Shown: in pieces, positions 1 to 13,785 of the stretch
How positions within the stretch are numbered: position 1 is the stretch's first letter
Layout of the letters: each line of letters starts with the position of its first letter
Source of the DNA: Octopus sinensis
Taxonomy: Eukaryota
Direction of reading: 5' to 3'
Assembly (NCBI RefSeq): GCF_006345805.1
Contig: NC_043014.1
Span: 46,066,001-46,130,000 of the forward strand
DNA: 64,000 bases
Made by a program: the position numbers and the translations under genes
Notes under the pieces: model-generated
Database searches by the model: none
Seen by the model: only the letters and a program-made list of their open reading frames with translations
Told to the model about the DNA's origin: nothing

Positions 1-403
1 TCTTTATTCTCAGTGTTTTTTATTCAGCTGTTGTGTTTACCGAAAATTCTTTAAATGTGAAGAAAGCCTTTCATTTTATTTATTTTTGTAGGTGTATATT
101 TCCTGCATTACGCTTTGTGAGCCATTTGATTTACCATCATTGTGGGTCATTATTGTCAAATGGTTACAGCACGAGGTTTACGACGTGCTGGTTGTGAGTT
201 CTATTCCTGGACTCTGCGTTTTGGCCTTGAGCAAGGCACTTCATTTCACGTTGCTCCAGTTTACTCAGCTGAAGATGAATACGAGTAAGAATACTCGGTA
301 AAACCTCTTTTCTCTCTTCCTCTTCATCTCTCTGTCTCTGTCTGTCTGTCTGTCTGCCTGCCTGTGTGTGTGTGTGTCTCTCTCTCTATCTATCTCTCTA
401 TCC

Positions 404-484
<81 letters not shown>

Positions 485-1466
485 CAGCTGTTGCATCATA
501 AATGTTCTGCTGGGTCAAGAGTGGGAAAGATAAGAGTGTATCTATGAATGCTCGCGACTATACAGGCACCTAACACAGTTAGCGAAAGCAAGGTACAAGC
601 TAGCTACATGGTCACATTCGCTTGCAAGTTATGGTTATGCATCTTCTGCCGGAAAGAAAAAAAAAATATTACACATATATAATATATATACATAAACCGT
701 ATCAAAATGCTCTTTCCAAAAAGTTACATAATTGAAGCTTATTTTGATAAAATCTGATTAACCTTAAACCAGTCGCATTTTCTTCAAAATTCTCAGAATT
801 TCTTATGTCAACACATCGACGTTGGTTTCAATTACGCGTTTCATTATATTTTCTCGTTTTGGCATATATATACATTTGACCTTGCTATTCTTAGATACTC
901 AATAAATAAATAAATATTTATTTAAACAATGAACAACGAATTACACGTGATTGTTATAAAAATAATCGTGGCGTAGTGTGATGACTTATCATAGTGGCAG
1001 GTCTCAGAAATACCAACAGGCGCAGAATAAGACTAGCTTTGCCGCACGCAAATATTGGGTTGTCCGGAAAGTTCGTGCCGATCTTTAAAGGAAAGCAAAA
1101 GGTCAATAAATACTTGCCATTACATTTTTAATCAAGTGAGCTCGATTCCCAGATTATGTGTTATGCTCTTGGTAAAGACACTTTATTTCACGTTGCTCCA
1201 GTTCATTCAGCTGTAGAAATGAGTTGTGACATCACTGGTGCCAAGCTGTATCGGCCTTTGCCTTTCTCTTTGATAACATCGGTGGTGTGGAGAGGGGAGG
1301 CTGGTATGCATGGGCGACTGCTGGTCTTCCATAAACAACCTTGCCCAGACCTGTGCCTATAAGGGTAACTAGCCAATTGCAATCCCATGGTCATTCATAA
1401 CCAAAGGGGGTCCTTCAGTGCCAAAATTTGAATTACTTTTAGTATTAGTATTACTATAAAAAGCTA

Positions 1467-2032
1467 TAGGGTTGTCCGGAAAGTTCGTGCCGATTTTTAA
1501 AGGAAAGAAAAAGGTCAATAAATACTTGCCATTACATTTTTAATCAACCAAATATGAACCATTTTGTTACACAATGCATCTCCATCTTTCCTTTCACTTG
1601 AAAATACCCCCTTCCCAGAATCGAGGTGGTTTCATGGCAAACAATTCATCAAGGTATCTTTTTACGTCATCCAAGGAATTGAAATTTTTACCATTAAGAC
1701 TATTCTGCAGAGACCTGAATAAGTGGAAATCCGAAGGAGCAATATCTGGTAAATATAGAGAGTGGGGTAACACATCCCAGCCAAACTGCAGCAATTTTTT
1801 TCTGGTTCCCAAAGCATCAAGTGCCGAAAATGAACTTTCTTATCTTCCATTTTAAAGGGTTACAGAATTAACACAGGTTATAGGAACATAAACCTTCTTC
1901 CACGAAAAGATAGCTTAAACTGTGCTCTAAATGGAGGTGTAGTCAAATCCTATTTTATGGACTCAACAATGTTCTAAAATAAGTCGAAAGGTAAGCTACT
2001 ATCAATCGGCACGAACTTTCCGGACAACCCAA
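1467..2032 (-). mobile_element. Internally deleted mariner element
   Basis: 28-bp TIRs (t[a/t]gggttgtccggaaagttcgtgccgat) with TA flanks. N-terminal [15 protein letters not shown] is fused to C-terminal LLQFGWDVLPH..PDIAPSDFHLFRSL. An extra TIR end lies at 1055-1135. Confidence 0.9.
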
Positions 2033-2337
2033 TATGTTACGACATAGGACTCTGAAGTGCGTTTAATAAAAAGAATATTTATTTTTATCGTAAACAAAAA
2101 TGTCGTAACTACCAACGACAAAAACACCCTGGTAGTAGTCGCGTTCGTGAGTTTCTTGTTAGCTTGTCATTGTGTCTTTTCTGCTACTGTTATCCATTGA
2201 TTTTGTGTTGCGACAGCTTTCTGGCCTGTCGCTGGTTCTGCTGCTGTCTACTGACGACCGTGCGCCATGTGCCGTTTGCTATGGGATCGTAGTGGCTAAA
2301 ATGTGCCGAATATTGAGGTGGTATTGGTAGAAAATAA

Positions 2338-2752
2338 GGCGGCGAGCTGGCAGAAACGTTAGCACGTCGGACGAATTGCGTAGCCGTATTTCATCTGCCG
2401 TTACGTTCTGAGTTCAAATTCCGCCGAAGTCGACTTTGCCTTTCATCCTTTCGGGGTCGATAAATTAAGTACCAGTTATGCACTGGGGTCGATGTAATCG
2501 ACTTAATACCTATGTCTGTCCTTGTTTGTCCCCTCTATGTTTAGCCCCTTGTGGGTAATAAAGAAATAGGTATTTCGTCTGCCGCTACGTTCTGAGTTCT
2601 AATTCCGCCGAGGTCGACTTTGCCTTTCATCCTTTCGGGGTCGATAAATTAAGTACCAGTTACGCACTGGGGTCGATGTAATCGACTTAATACCTATGTC
2701 TGTCCTTGTTTGTCCCCTCTGTGTTTAGCCCCTTGTGGGTAGTAAAGAAATA
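2338..2752 (+). mobile_element. tRNA-derived SINE family B, dimer (184-bp unit)
   Basis: Head ggcggcgagctggcagaaacgttagc, B box gagttcaaattcc, core cctttcatcctttcggggtcgataaa. TSD ggtattgg(t/a)agaaaata. Confidence 0.9.
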
Positions 2753-2939
2753 GGTATTGGAAGAAAATAGCGCGGCAGAGATGAAATTGTTGCTAGAACC
2801 TGCTCGAGTCTTGAATGGTCAGACATTTTGATGACGTTGGGTAAATTGTCACCATTTCATACTTTTAATTTCGCGCATGCGTAGTGTTTGTTTTCAATTT
2901 TGTCGACTACACAGTATAGTAGGGTCCGTTGGGTACTGT

Positions 2940-3890
2940 CTGTGAGAAAAGGTCCGGCAGCTCGGAAAACTCACTCTGATCGTTCTGATAAGAAAAGACC
3001 TCTTGAATTTGTTGGTGAGATCCGGCCATGATTGACAACGATCCCTCCAAGTGAATCAGGCCCATCGCCAGGGACATGGGAGTGTCTGAGATTCTTATCA
3101 GGCAGGTAGTGCATGAAAACATTCGGTATTCCTCATACAAGATGAAAATGGGCCAATTTTTACCCCAAGCCATCAAGGACAAGAAGAAAGAACGCGTTAC
3201 GAAGCTTTTGGACAAAGTCGAAAGCTTTGGTTTTTCTCAGAGCAGAAACTTTTCTGCCAGGATCAGATGGTGGCCACACAGGACAACCGTTGGCTTGTCG
3301 TGTCCCCAAAACATGTACCGAGAGTGATAAAAATCAAACATCCGGTCAATACCATGGAGTTTGGAGTGATCACTCGCGATAACGGCGTTATGTCTCTATT
3401 CATCTTCTCACACAATCACAGACTCAATACGGAGGCCTAAATCAAGTGTCTGGAGGAGGTAGTTCTGTCTTGGTCAAGAGGGTGGCTGCTGGAAGACCTT
3501 ATGTCTGGCGACAGGACTCTGCAACATGCCACACAAGCAGGAGAACTCAGTTATGGCTGTCAGACAATTTCTGCTACAACATCACCCCTAACATCTGGCC
3601 ACCTAACTCCCCAGACTGTAACTCCCTTGATTATTATGTGTTGGGCGTAGTTGAGCAAGAGACCAACAAAACTCCTTGTAACACCAAAGAAGAACTGACG
3701 GCAAGGATTATGGCAGTATTTACCAACTTAAACAAGGAGACAGTCCAGAAGAGTTGCAGGAGATTCTGAAGTCATCTGGAGGCTGTGGTTGAAGCCAATG
3801 GCGATTTTATTGAATAAATTTACTCTTTAGTATTTCAAGATATTTTTATGTAATTTTGGTAAATATATCTGTTAAAATGAGATGTCAGTG
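2940..3890 (+). pseudogene. DD37D (maT/mori-type) Tc1/mariner transposase relic
   Basis: IARDMGVSE HTH-like segment and WRQDSATCH...WPPNSPDCNSLDYY, with 37 residues between the second and third Asp. Frameshifts present; TIRs not found. Confidence 0.85.
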
Positions 3891-3892
3891 TT

Positions 3893-4297
3893 ATTTTACT
3901 TGTTTCAGTCATTTGACTGCAGCCATGCTGGAACACCGCCTTTAGTCGAGCAAATCGACCCCAGGACTTATTCTTTGGAAGCCTAGTACTTATTCTATCG
4001 GTCTCCTTTGCCGAACCGCTAAGTTACGGGGACGTAAACACACCAGCATCGGTTGTCAAGCGATGTTGAGGAAACAAACACAGACACACAAACATATACA
4101 CACACATACATATATATAAATATAAACATATATACGACGGGCTTCTTTCAGTTTCCGTCTACCAAATCCACTCACAAGGCTTTGGTCGGCCCGAGGCTAT
4201 AGTAGAAGACACTTGCCCAAGGTGCCACGCGGTGGGACTGAACCCGGAACCATGTGGTTGGTAAGCAAGCTACTTACCACACAGCCACTCCTGCGCC
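3893..4297 (-). mobile_element. tRNA-derived SINE family A, full length
   Basis: A box gtggctgtgtggtaa, B box ggttcagtccc, internal (TA)/(CA) tract, tail gactgaaacaagtaaaa. Confidence 0.9.
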
Positions 4298-4612
4298 TAC
4301 GTGACAAATTTGAGCAGATTGTGTCCTTCAGCGACGCATAGAAAACTGCTCGGCCAAACAGTGCTATCACCGAAGATAATGAAAATGCTTGTGGCTCAAG
4401 AATTCACTCTAAGTTCCCGAAAATCAAAAAAGAGGGCTTCCAATGAACACAGATCCCTAGGTTGGTTTATGAATCGCTCACCGCTTGACAAGTAATAGTG
4501 GTGTGTTTACGTCCCCGTAACTGAGCGGTTCGGCCAAAGAGAACGGGAGATTAAGTACTAAGCTTTAAAAAAATAATAAGTGCTGTGATCGATTTGTGCG
4601 ACTGAAACCCTT

Positions 4613-5036
4613 CAAGGTATCTTTTTACGTCATCCAAGGAATTAGGAATTGAAATTCTTACCATTAAGACTATTCTGCAGAGACCTGAATAAGTGGAAAC
4701 TCAAAGGAGCAATATCTGGTGAATATGGAGAGTGGGGTAACACATCCCAACCGAGCTGCAGCAATTTTTGTCTGGTTCCCAAAGCATCAAGTGTCGAAAA
4801 TGAACTTTCTCATCTTTTATTTCAATGGTTTACAGAATTAACACAGGTTATAGGAACATAAACCTTCTTCCGCGAAAAGGTAGTTTAAACTGTGCTCTAA
4901 ATGAAGGTGTAGTCAAATCCTATTTTATGGACTCAACCATGTTCTAAAATAAGTCGATAGATAAGCTACTATAAATCGGCACGAACTTTCTGGACAACTC
5001 AATATGTTACGACATAGGACTCTGAAGTGTGTTTAA
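4613..5036 (-). repeat. Duplicate of 1650-2067 (mariner piece plus flank)
   Basis: Same deletion junction, same TIR, and the same roughly 35 bp of sequence beyond the TIR. Confidence 0.85.
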
Positions 5037-5134
5037 ATGACTGAAACAAATGAAAGATAAAATGAGCAGAACAATCAACTCATATGAAGCAACTGTATAC
5101 CGACATTTTACCTGACCCGGTATTCACATTTTAC

Positions 5135-5740
5135 ACACGCACACACACACACATTCACACACTCATACACACACACTCATACACATACTCTCACTCTCAC
5201 ACACTCACACACACACAGACACACACACATTCACATAGGCACACAGACACACTCACAGACACACACACACACATTCACACACTCATACACACACACACTC
5301 ACACTCACACACACTCATACACACACACACTCACACTCACACGCACTCATACACACACATACTCACACACACACTCACAGACACAGACACACACATACAT
5401 TCACATACGCACACAGACACAGACACACACACAAACACACACGCACGCACACGCACGCACACACACGCACATTCACACACGCACATTCACACACTCACAC
5501 ACACATACACAAATTCACATACACTCACGCTCACACGCATACACACACACTCTCACACACACTCACACACACTCACATACACACACACTCACACACACAC
5601 ACTCACACACACACACACACACACACGGACTCACACACGGACATACTCACATTTACATACGCACACACTCACACACACACGGACACACACAAACACACAC
5701 ACACACACAAACACACACGCACATTCACACACGCACTCAT
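5135..5740. repeat. Degenerate (CA)n tract (others: 19075-19155; (TG)n at 27110-27225 and 28085-28520)
   Basis: Direct reading. Confidence 0.97.
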
Positions 5741-6092
5741 GCAGCCATAGATATAGCTAAAGAGAAAGATAAAAAATGAAGGTCGGGTAGATGTCACTTA
5801 GATTGCTGAAAGTCAATGAGTGCGGCTGCTTTATTTCCACTAAAGCGTTTCAAAGACGATTTCTGGTAATTTCATAATTTTATCAATTTCTTGTTAATTC
5901 TTAAATCATTTTCACAGGATTATTACTAAGAAGAACGCACACAGGATCTTTACCTTTTGACCGACAGATTTAAAAAATTATTTTTTGTAACTAAACACTT
6001 TCAAACTTCGGACACGGGTAGAATGTGCCCCCCTCCTCCTCATTACTGCTTGACAATTGGTGTTGCTATGCATATTTGCCCTTAATTTAGTG

Positions 6093-6271
6093 CAGTGGGT
6101 TTCAACCAGGGTTCCGCAAGAAGTTACAAAACTGCTAAAATCGGCAGTAATTTTTAATTCTCCTGTGCAGATATGTGTGCATAAGACTATTAAATTATTG
6201 CACAGGGGTTCCTCGAGCCAGTGGAATGTTTCCTTGGGTTTCCGCTCCAGCAAAAAGTTTAAAAAGCACTG
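6093..6271. mobile_element. hAT-type MITE
   Basis: CAGTG...CACTG ends; 8-bp TSD atttagtg/acttagtg. Confidence 0.7.
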
Positions 6272-6925
6272 ACTTAGTGGTTCGGCAAAAGAGATTGATA
6301 GAATAGGTACTAAGCTTAAAAAAAAGATAAGCCCTGTGATCGATTTGTTCGATTAAAAGCCCCTAAAGGCGGTGCTCTCGCTTTCGAGATTAATCCTGCT
6401 GGATCCCAACAACAACAACAACAACAATAACAAATTAAACCTCAGTAAAGTTACAACTGGAGTCGCGGGACAGAAGGAAACGGAAGGAAGTTTGCGCGTG
6501 GGTTCCTTTATAACTGACAGATTTCTTTTATAAGAAGTCCGGATCTTATCTCGGCAAGGAACTCTGACCTATATCCACAGGAAAGAGACTCTTTACGCAT
6601 GTCTACATATACATCAGAATGTGCCACGATTTACAGCCGATCCTCTTTTTGCGCTGTGTAGGAGTTCTTTGATTCCGTCCTTTCCCGTTAATGCATTTTT
6701 TTTTCTTTTCATATCCCACCACCACCACCACCACCACCACCACCACACCATCAACAATTTAAAGCTCTTAGTCCCACGTTACTATGGTCAAAAATGCTCC
6801 AATCGTAATCATCTATTTTTTAAAGTTATTATCATTACTCTTTTTACTCTTTTACTTGTTTCAGTCATTTGACTGTGGCCATGCTGGAGCACCGCCTTTA
6901 GTCGAGCAAATCGACCCCCCCCCCC

Positions 6926-7494
6926 AGGTACTTATTTAATCGACTCCGAATGGATGAAAGGCAAAGTCGACCTCGGCGGAATTTGAACTCAGAACATAAC
7001 GGCAGACGACGCATTTCGCCCGGCGTGCTAACAATTCTTATTTCTTTATTGCCCACAAGGGGCTAAACATAGAGGGGACAAACAAGGACAGACAAACGGG
7101 TTATGTCGATTACATCGACCCCAGTGCGTAACCGGTACTTAATTTATCGACCCCGAAAGGATGAAAGGCAAAGTCGACCTCGGCGGAATTTGAACTCAGA
7201 ACGTAACGACAGACGAAATACGGCGGGCGACGCATTTCACCCGGCGTGCTAACAATTCTTATTTCTTTATTGCCCACAAGGGGCTAAACATAGAGGGGAC
7301 AAACAAAGGTAGACAAAGGGATTAAGTCGATTAGATCAACCCCAGTGCGTACCTGGTACTTAATTTATCGACCCCGAAAGGAAGAAAGACAAAGTCGACC
7401 TCGGCGGAATTTGAACTCAGAACGTAACGGCAGACGAAATACGGCGGGCGACGCATTTCGCCCGGCGTGCTAACGACTCTGCCAGCTCGCCGCC
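6926..7494 (-). mobile_element. SINE B trimer
   Basis: Three tandem units under one complete head. Confidence 0.88.
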
Positions 7495-8937
7495 CTTCTT
7501 TTTCGATCACAGCCATCACAGTCACGTTGCTGACAACAACCGCAGCCATTTAATAGATATCACAACCACCTCATTAAGATCAAAGTGTGACATACGTGCG
7601 CTCGCGCGTGCTCACACAAAGTTATTTGCGTAATATGGACCCATGGTTTCCTGTTGGTGGAGTCGGAATAGAATGCCTTGCAGTGTTTGCTCCGGTTCTC
7701 AGCGCTCTGGATTCAAATCCCGACCATGCCAACTTTGCCTTTCGTCCTTCCGGACTCGATAAAGGAAGTGTCAAACAAGTGTGATGGATTGATGCAAAGT
7801 TAGAGCATTGGACAGGATATCTCGCCGTATCGGTCTCAGTTGCATATGTTCTGAGTTCAAATTCCACCTCCTGTTGCTTCGGAAATAAATAAAAAATAAT
7901 GATGGTTTTTTTGCAAGTCGCTAAGTGCCTTAGTATTTCAGCTGGTAGTCCTCAATGCCAGCACACTCGCTGGGAGGAGAGAGAACGCAAGGGGACTTTT
8001 AAAACCTGGTCACACAAAGGCATGGGGGAGATCCACCTTAAAAGGACATTTGACTGGTTGACAACCCTTCATTCTCTCTGAACTAAAAAAAAAAAACAGA
8101 AAAGTGAAAACCATACCTATTTCTTTACTACCCAAAAGAGGCCAAACACAGAGAGGACAAACAAAGAACAGACAAACGGATTAAGTCGATTATATCGCCA
8201 CCAGTGCGTAACTGGTACTTATTTAATCGAGGCCGAAAGGATGAAAGGTAAAGTCGACCTCGGCGGAATTTGAACTCAGAACGAAGCGGCAGACGAAATA
8301 CGGCTAAGCATTTCGCCCGGCGTGCTAACGATTCTGCCAGCTCGCCGCCCTCCAAATCATACCACATCCTCCGAACCATCAACTGGTGAACGCATCTCTT
8401 TTCCTCTTCCACGTCTCATTTTATAAACTCTGCACTGAAAAACACGCTCAATCCTTCCTACTCACAATTGCTGTCACGAGGAAACGCTTCCTAATCCACA
8501 GATATGAAACTACAGACGTTAAAGTTAAATAGTAATAGGTCGGAAAGGGCCTGTTAAGGGTTTGCAAGGAGAACTCTTACTTTACAGCTATCCTACTTGG
8601 ATTATCAGTATTAAATTGTAAAAGCAGGAGTGCTAGGATCTATAATAGACAAATGGTTAATGATGATAGTTAAGTACTAACAGGATCTCAACTGTGAGAT
8701 TACAGTTATGCTGTCACGAGAAATACCATTAACAGAAAAATCATTAGGTATAGGATTGGCATATAATAGCTTTGACAAATTTTTAAATATGATTGTTAAA
8801 TACCAATAGAAACTCGGCTGTGAAATTACAGTGATGCACCACTAGAAGCCATTAGAAGTGTCATACTAGTTTGTGGGACTAGTATCTAATAGGTTGGACA
8901 TAAATGGTTAACTATTCATTCACTTCATTAATTCATT

Positions 8938-9336
8938 TATTTGCTTCAGTCATTTGACTGCGGCCATGCTGGAGCATCGCATTTTAGTCGAGGAAATCGA
9001 CCCCCAGGACTTATTCTTTGTAAGCCTAGTACTTAATCTATCAGTCTCTTTTGCCGAACCGCTAAGTTACGGGGACGTAAACACACCAGCATCGGTTGTC
9101 AAGCGATGTTGGGGGAATGGGGGGGGGGCAAACACAGACACACAAACATACACATATATATATGCATATATACGACGGGCTTCTTTCAGTTTCCGTCTAC
9201 CAAATCCACTCACAAGGCTTTGGTCGGCCCGAGGCTATAGCAGAAGACACTTACTTGCCAAGGTGTCACGCAGTGGGACTGAACCCGGAACCATGTGGTT
9301 CGTAAGCAAGCTACTTACCACTCAGCCACTCCTGCG

Positions 9337-9338
<2 letters not shown>
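8938..9338 (-). mobile_element. SINE A (extra 5' half at 9519-9675; 3' scrap at 6850-6925)
   Basis: Same consensus as 3893-4297. Confidence 0.9.
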
Positions 9339-9414
<76 letters not shown>

Positions 9415-9954
9415 AATTGAGATAGGGGTTGTAAATGCAACCCTCCATGGGATAACATATATCCAATATACTGCTAGTGAAGTACCCAACAAAGTTAATA
9501 CATAAATGTTAAGGATACACGGTGGGCTTCTTTCAGTTTCCATCTACCATATCGACTCACAAGGCTTTGGTCGGCCCGAGGCTATAGCAGAAGACACTTG
9601 CCCAAGGTGCCACGCAGTGGGACTGAACCCGGAACCATGTGGTTCGTAAGCAAGCTACTTACCACACAGCCACTCTTACGTCTATGGTAGTTGGGTTTTA
9701 AGAATACCTCAGTTGTGAGGCAACAGCAAATTCTGTGGTCATTAGAAAAGATATATATGTAATGTCAGGAACGGAAAAGACTCTCTATTTCCTGCTGTGC
9801 AGATAAATGGTTTAGCAATAATAATACCTCACGTATGAAATGACAACTATGTGGTCATTGGAAAAGATTTATATAATAACTGCAGCGGTAGGAACTCCGG
9901 CTTGGTAAATATCCTTTCTACTATAGGAACAAAGGCCGATATTTAGGACGAGGG

Positions 9955-10716
9955 ACCCCAGTGCTCAACTGGTACTTATTTTATCGCCTTCGAAAGAACG
10001 AAAGGCAAAGTCGACCTCAGAGGAATTCGAACTGAAAACGTAAAACCGGAAGAAATGCTGTTAAGCATTTTGTCCGGCGTGCTAACGATTCTTATTTCTT
10101 TATTGCCCACAAGGGGCTAAACATAGAGGGGACAAACAAGGATAGACAAAGGGATTAAGTCGATTAGATCGACCACAGTGCGTAACTGGTACTTAATTTA
10201 TCGTCCTCGAAAGGATGAAAGGCATAGTCGACCTCGGCGGAATTTGAACTCAGAGCGTAGCGGCAGACGAAATACCTATTTCTTGACTACTCACAAGGGG
10301 CTAAACACAGAGAGGACAAACAAGGACAGACAAACGGATTAAGTCGATTATATCGCCACCAGTGCGTAACTGGTACTTATTTAATCGAGGCCGAAAGGAT
10401 GAAAGGTAAAGTCGACCTCGGCGGAATTTGAACTCAGAACGTAACGGCAGACGAAATACCGCTAAGCATTTTGCCCGTCATGCTAACGTTTCTTATTTCT
10501 TTACTGCTCACAAGGGGCTACACGCAGAGGGGACAAACAAGGACAGACAAACGGATTAAGTCGATTACATTGACCCCAGTGCGTAACTGGTACTTATTTA
10601 ATCGACCCCGAAAGGCAAAGTCGACCTCGGCGGAATTTGAACTCAGAACCTAACAACAGACGAGATACCGCTAAGCATTTCGCCCGGCGTGCTAACGTTT
10701 CTGCCAGCTCGCCGCC
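9955..10716 (-). mobile_element. SINE B multimer (about 4 units); monomer at 8115-8349
   Basis: Tandem units with two junction types. Confidence 0.85.
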
Positions 10717-11099
10717 TTTCCATCGTAATAATAATAGCACCGTTCTAATAACAGTTCTTTGTGCCAGTGAGACATAAAAGAACACCGTGAAAATCGACAG
10801 AGCGCCGGAGCCTCGTGGAGCTTAAGGTGTTTTCGCTCAATAAACACACACAACGCCCGGTCTGGGAATCGAAACCGCGATCCTCCGACCGCCAGTCCGC
10901 TGCACTAACCACTGGGCCATTGTGCCTCCACTTGAACTTGCTGCTCAATGCAGAGGTTTCCAAAGCACCGGGTCGCGGCTCGGTTCTAGGCCATGGAACA
11001 TTTGGCACAGGGCCGCGTAGAAAAAAATTAATTTAAACATTTTATTTGTTTTATTGACAATTGCTGTCTGTCGTGTTTTTGCATCATATATGTATTATA

Positions 11100-11612
11100 T
11101 CTATATATATAAAACTGTAGTTGTGTGAGTGTCTGTCCCCTTTGATTTAGATTCCTAACTCCTCCCACATTTTGCGGTGCAGTTTAACCAAAACCGGGTA
11201 TCTTATAGTCGTGATTCATATCGAGCCCGTCTGGCTATTAGCGCGCGTCTACGATGAGTCTACGATTTTAAAAATAATTTAACATAATTTTTTATTCCAT
11301 TTTAATGCATTTTTTTTCGTGTGTCGATGGCGGCGGAGTTGGCGTCCACGCTCACGCCTGCACCTGTGTTGCTTTTCCCCTTCTTCCCTCCCTCGTGAAG
11401 CTGTGGGGAAGGGAGTGTAATGAAATCAACGTCATAAAGCGTTGTCAAGGAGACCAGCGTTCTTTTAGAACAACGACTTCATGGCTTGAAGACACCAAAA
11501 CAGAAATGGCTAAGAAAGCCCGAATTGGCATCTATAAGGGAAGTAACTCTCTAAAAATGCTTATATAGTTATTTCCCTTACAAACCCGAGCAACGCCGGG
11601 CGATACTGCTAG
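11100..11612 (+). mobile_element. Non-autonomous Helitron, long variant
   Basis: A^TC start; 3' hairpin cccgagcaacgccggg; CTAG^T end; no TSD. Confidence 0.88.
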
Positions 11613-11885
11613 TTATATATATAATAATTAAATTATATATTATACACTTTATTGTATTTTGTTATATGTGTGATTCCCAGGTTCGTGAGAAAATTGTCTT
11701 GCATGAAACCAGTCTGTGATGCAATAAAAAAAGGCTATGGGCCGCTGCACTAGAGCGCAGAGGAAACTGAAACCGAACTGAAGTGAATAAGGGCAGGAGG
11801 TATATTTTCGGTGTGTAATACGTTTGACGAATGTCTTACTTAAGGCAAGAACCAAAATTATAACATAACGCCTCTCTCTATTATA

Positions 11886-12274
11886 TCTTTATATATAAAA
11901 GTCAAGTTGTGTGTCTGTCTCCTACGATTTAGATTCCTAACTACTCCCACATTTTGCGGTGCAGTTTAACCAAAACCGGGTATCTTATAGTCGTGATTCA
12001 TATCGAGGCCCTTCTGGGTATTAGCGCGCGTCTACGATGAGTCTACGATTTAAAAAAAAATTTACCATCATTTTTTTCCATTTTAATGCATTTTTCACTA
12101 TTATATAAGGGAAGTAACTCTCTAAAAATGTCTACGATGAGTCAACGATTTAAAAAAAATTTACCATAATTTTTTTTTTCCATTTTTTTTGCTATTTTTT
12201 GGCTATAACTCTCTAAAAATGCTTATATAGTTATTTCCCTTACAAACCCGAGCAATGCCGGGCGATACCGCTAG
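11886..12274 (+). mobile_element. Non-autonomous Helitron, same family
   Basis: A^TC...hairpin CTAG^T. Confidence 0.88.
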
Positions 12275-12889
12275 TATATATATAAAGTTAATCCAAGCAT
12301 GAAAACACAGAAAACACAACAACACGAGGACGTGGAACAAGTATAGTATTATTGGACGCTCAGGAAGGAAGGGAAGAAGGAGGGTTTAACGTTTCGACGT
12401 TCTGAATTCAAATTCCGCCGAAGTTGACTTTGCCTTTCATCCTATCGGAGTCGATAAATTAAGTACCAGTTGCGTTCTGGGTCGATCTAATCGACTGGCA
12501 CCCTCCCCTAAAAATTTCGGGCCTTGTGCCTAGAGTAGAAAAGATTATTATATATATAAAGATTATTATTATCATATATGTATATATACATACATACATA
12601 CATACATACATACATAACTACTGTGGTTAGAATCAACTAGGCTGATGAGCTGATGAGAAGAATGTCGGAAATTTAAAGTGGATGGACAGCAAATAAATAG
12701 AATTAGTATTAAGTGTAACCATTTCAAGAGTGTTAACTGTGAATCACTCCTTGAGGCTGACATCTCCGGTGTAGGATCCTGTATTCAAGGAAGGAAATAG
12801 CGAAATAGTATGATATTAATAATGACTTCCAATATAAGAACAATAATAATAATAATAATTTCAGATTTTTCCCACAAGGGCAGCTTGGG

Positions 12890-13245
12890 AGAGTGGATTA
12901 AGTACATTACGTCGGCCCCAATGTTTAACTGGTACTTAATTTATCGACCCCGAAAGGATGAAAGTTAAAATTGACCTCAGCGGAATTTGAAATCAGAACG
13001 TAGCGACGGATGAAATACCTGTTTCTTTACTGCCCACAAGGGGCTACACACAGAGGGGACAAACAAGGACAGACAAACGGATTAAGTCGATTATATCGAC
13101 CTCAGTGCGTAACTGGTACTTAATTTATCGACCCCGAAAGGATGAAAGTTAAAATCGACCTCGGCGGAATTTGAACTCAGAACGTAGCGACGGATGAAAT
13201 ACCTGTTTCTTTATTGCCCACAAGGGGCTAAACATAGAGGGGACT
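12890..13245 (-). mobile_element. SINE B tandem units (plus-strand fragment at 12400-12500)
   Basis: Same consensus. Confidence 0.8.
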
Positions 13246-13314
13246 TCAAGTCCCACACATACACACATACACACAAAACACACACATACACACATACGCA
13301 AACATGACTATATA

Positions 13315-13785
13315 TGTATGTATTATATTTCACTGTGTATATGTATGTGTTTGTATGTGTATGTATGTATGTATATATGTATGTATGTGTATGTATGTAT
13401 GTGTATGTATGTTATGTATGTATGTATGTATGTTTGTATGTATGTATGTATGTATATATGTATGTATGTATGTATGTATATGTATGTATGTATGTATGTA
13501 TATATGTATGTATGTGTATGTATGTATGTGTATGTATGTATGTATGTATGTTTGTATGGATGTATGTATGTATATATGTATGTATGTATGTCTGCATGCA
13601 TGCATGCATGTATGTATGTATGTATGTATGCATGTATGTATGTATGTATGTATGTATGTATGTATGTATGTATGTATGTATGCATGTATGTATGTATGTA
13701 TGTATGTATGTATGTACGTATGTATGTATGTATGTATGTATGTATGTATGTATGTATGTATGTATGTATGCAGGTAGGTAGGTAG
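13315..13785. repeat. (TATG)n tract (others: 18560-18935, 31225-31415; (TATC)n at 385-482 and 23935-24090)
   Basis: Direct reading. Confidence 0.97.

Noticed and set aside
5084-5779. His/Thr-rich ORF and the similar YVCM, HTYI, YI and EGRK ORFs at 13304-13854, 18388-18942, 28078-28531, 52305-52794 and 52791-53354
   Set aside because: Translations of microsatellites.
6430-6700. Unique-looking stretch as a possible exon (also 20620-20800)
   Set aside because: No convincing splice-site pair and no recognisable protein similarity by eye.
8954-9505. Recurrent ORFs containing [15 protein letters not shown] or KVDLGGI
   Set aside because: Read-throughs of SINE A and SINE B consensus sequence.
12645-12690. 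Tandem CTGATGAG motifs
   Set aside because: No stem II or GAAA-stem III-UH arrangement follows.
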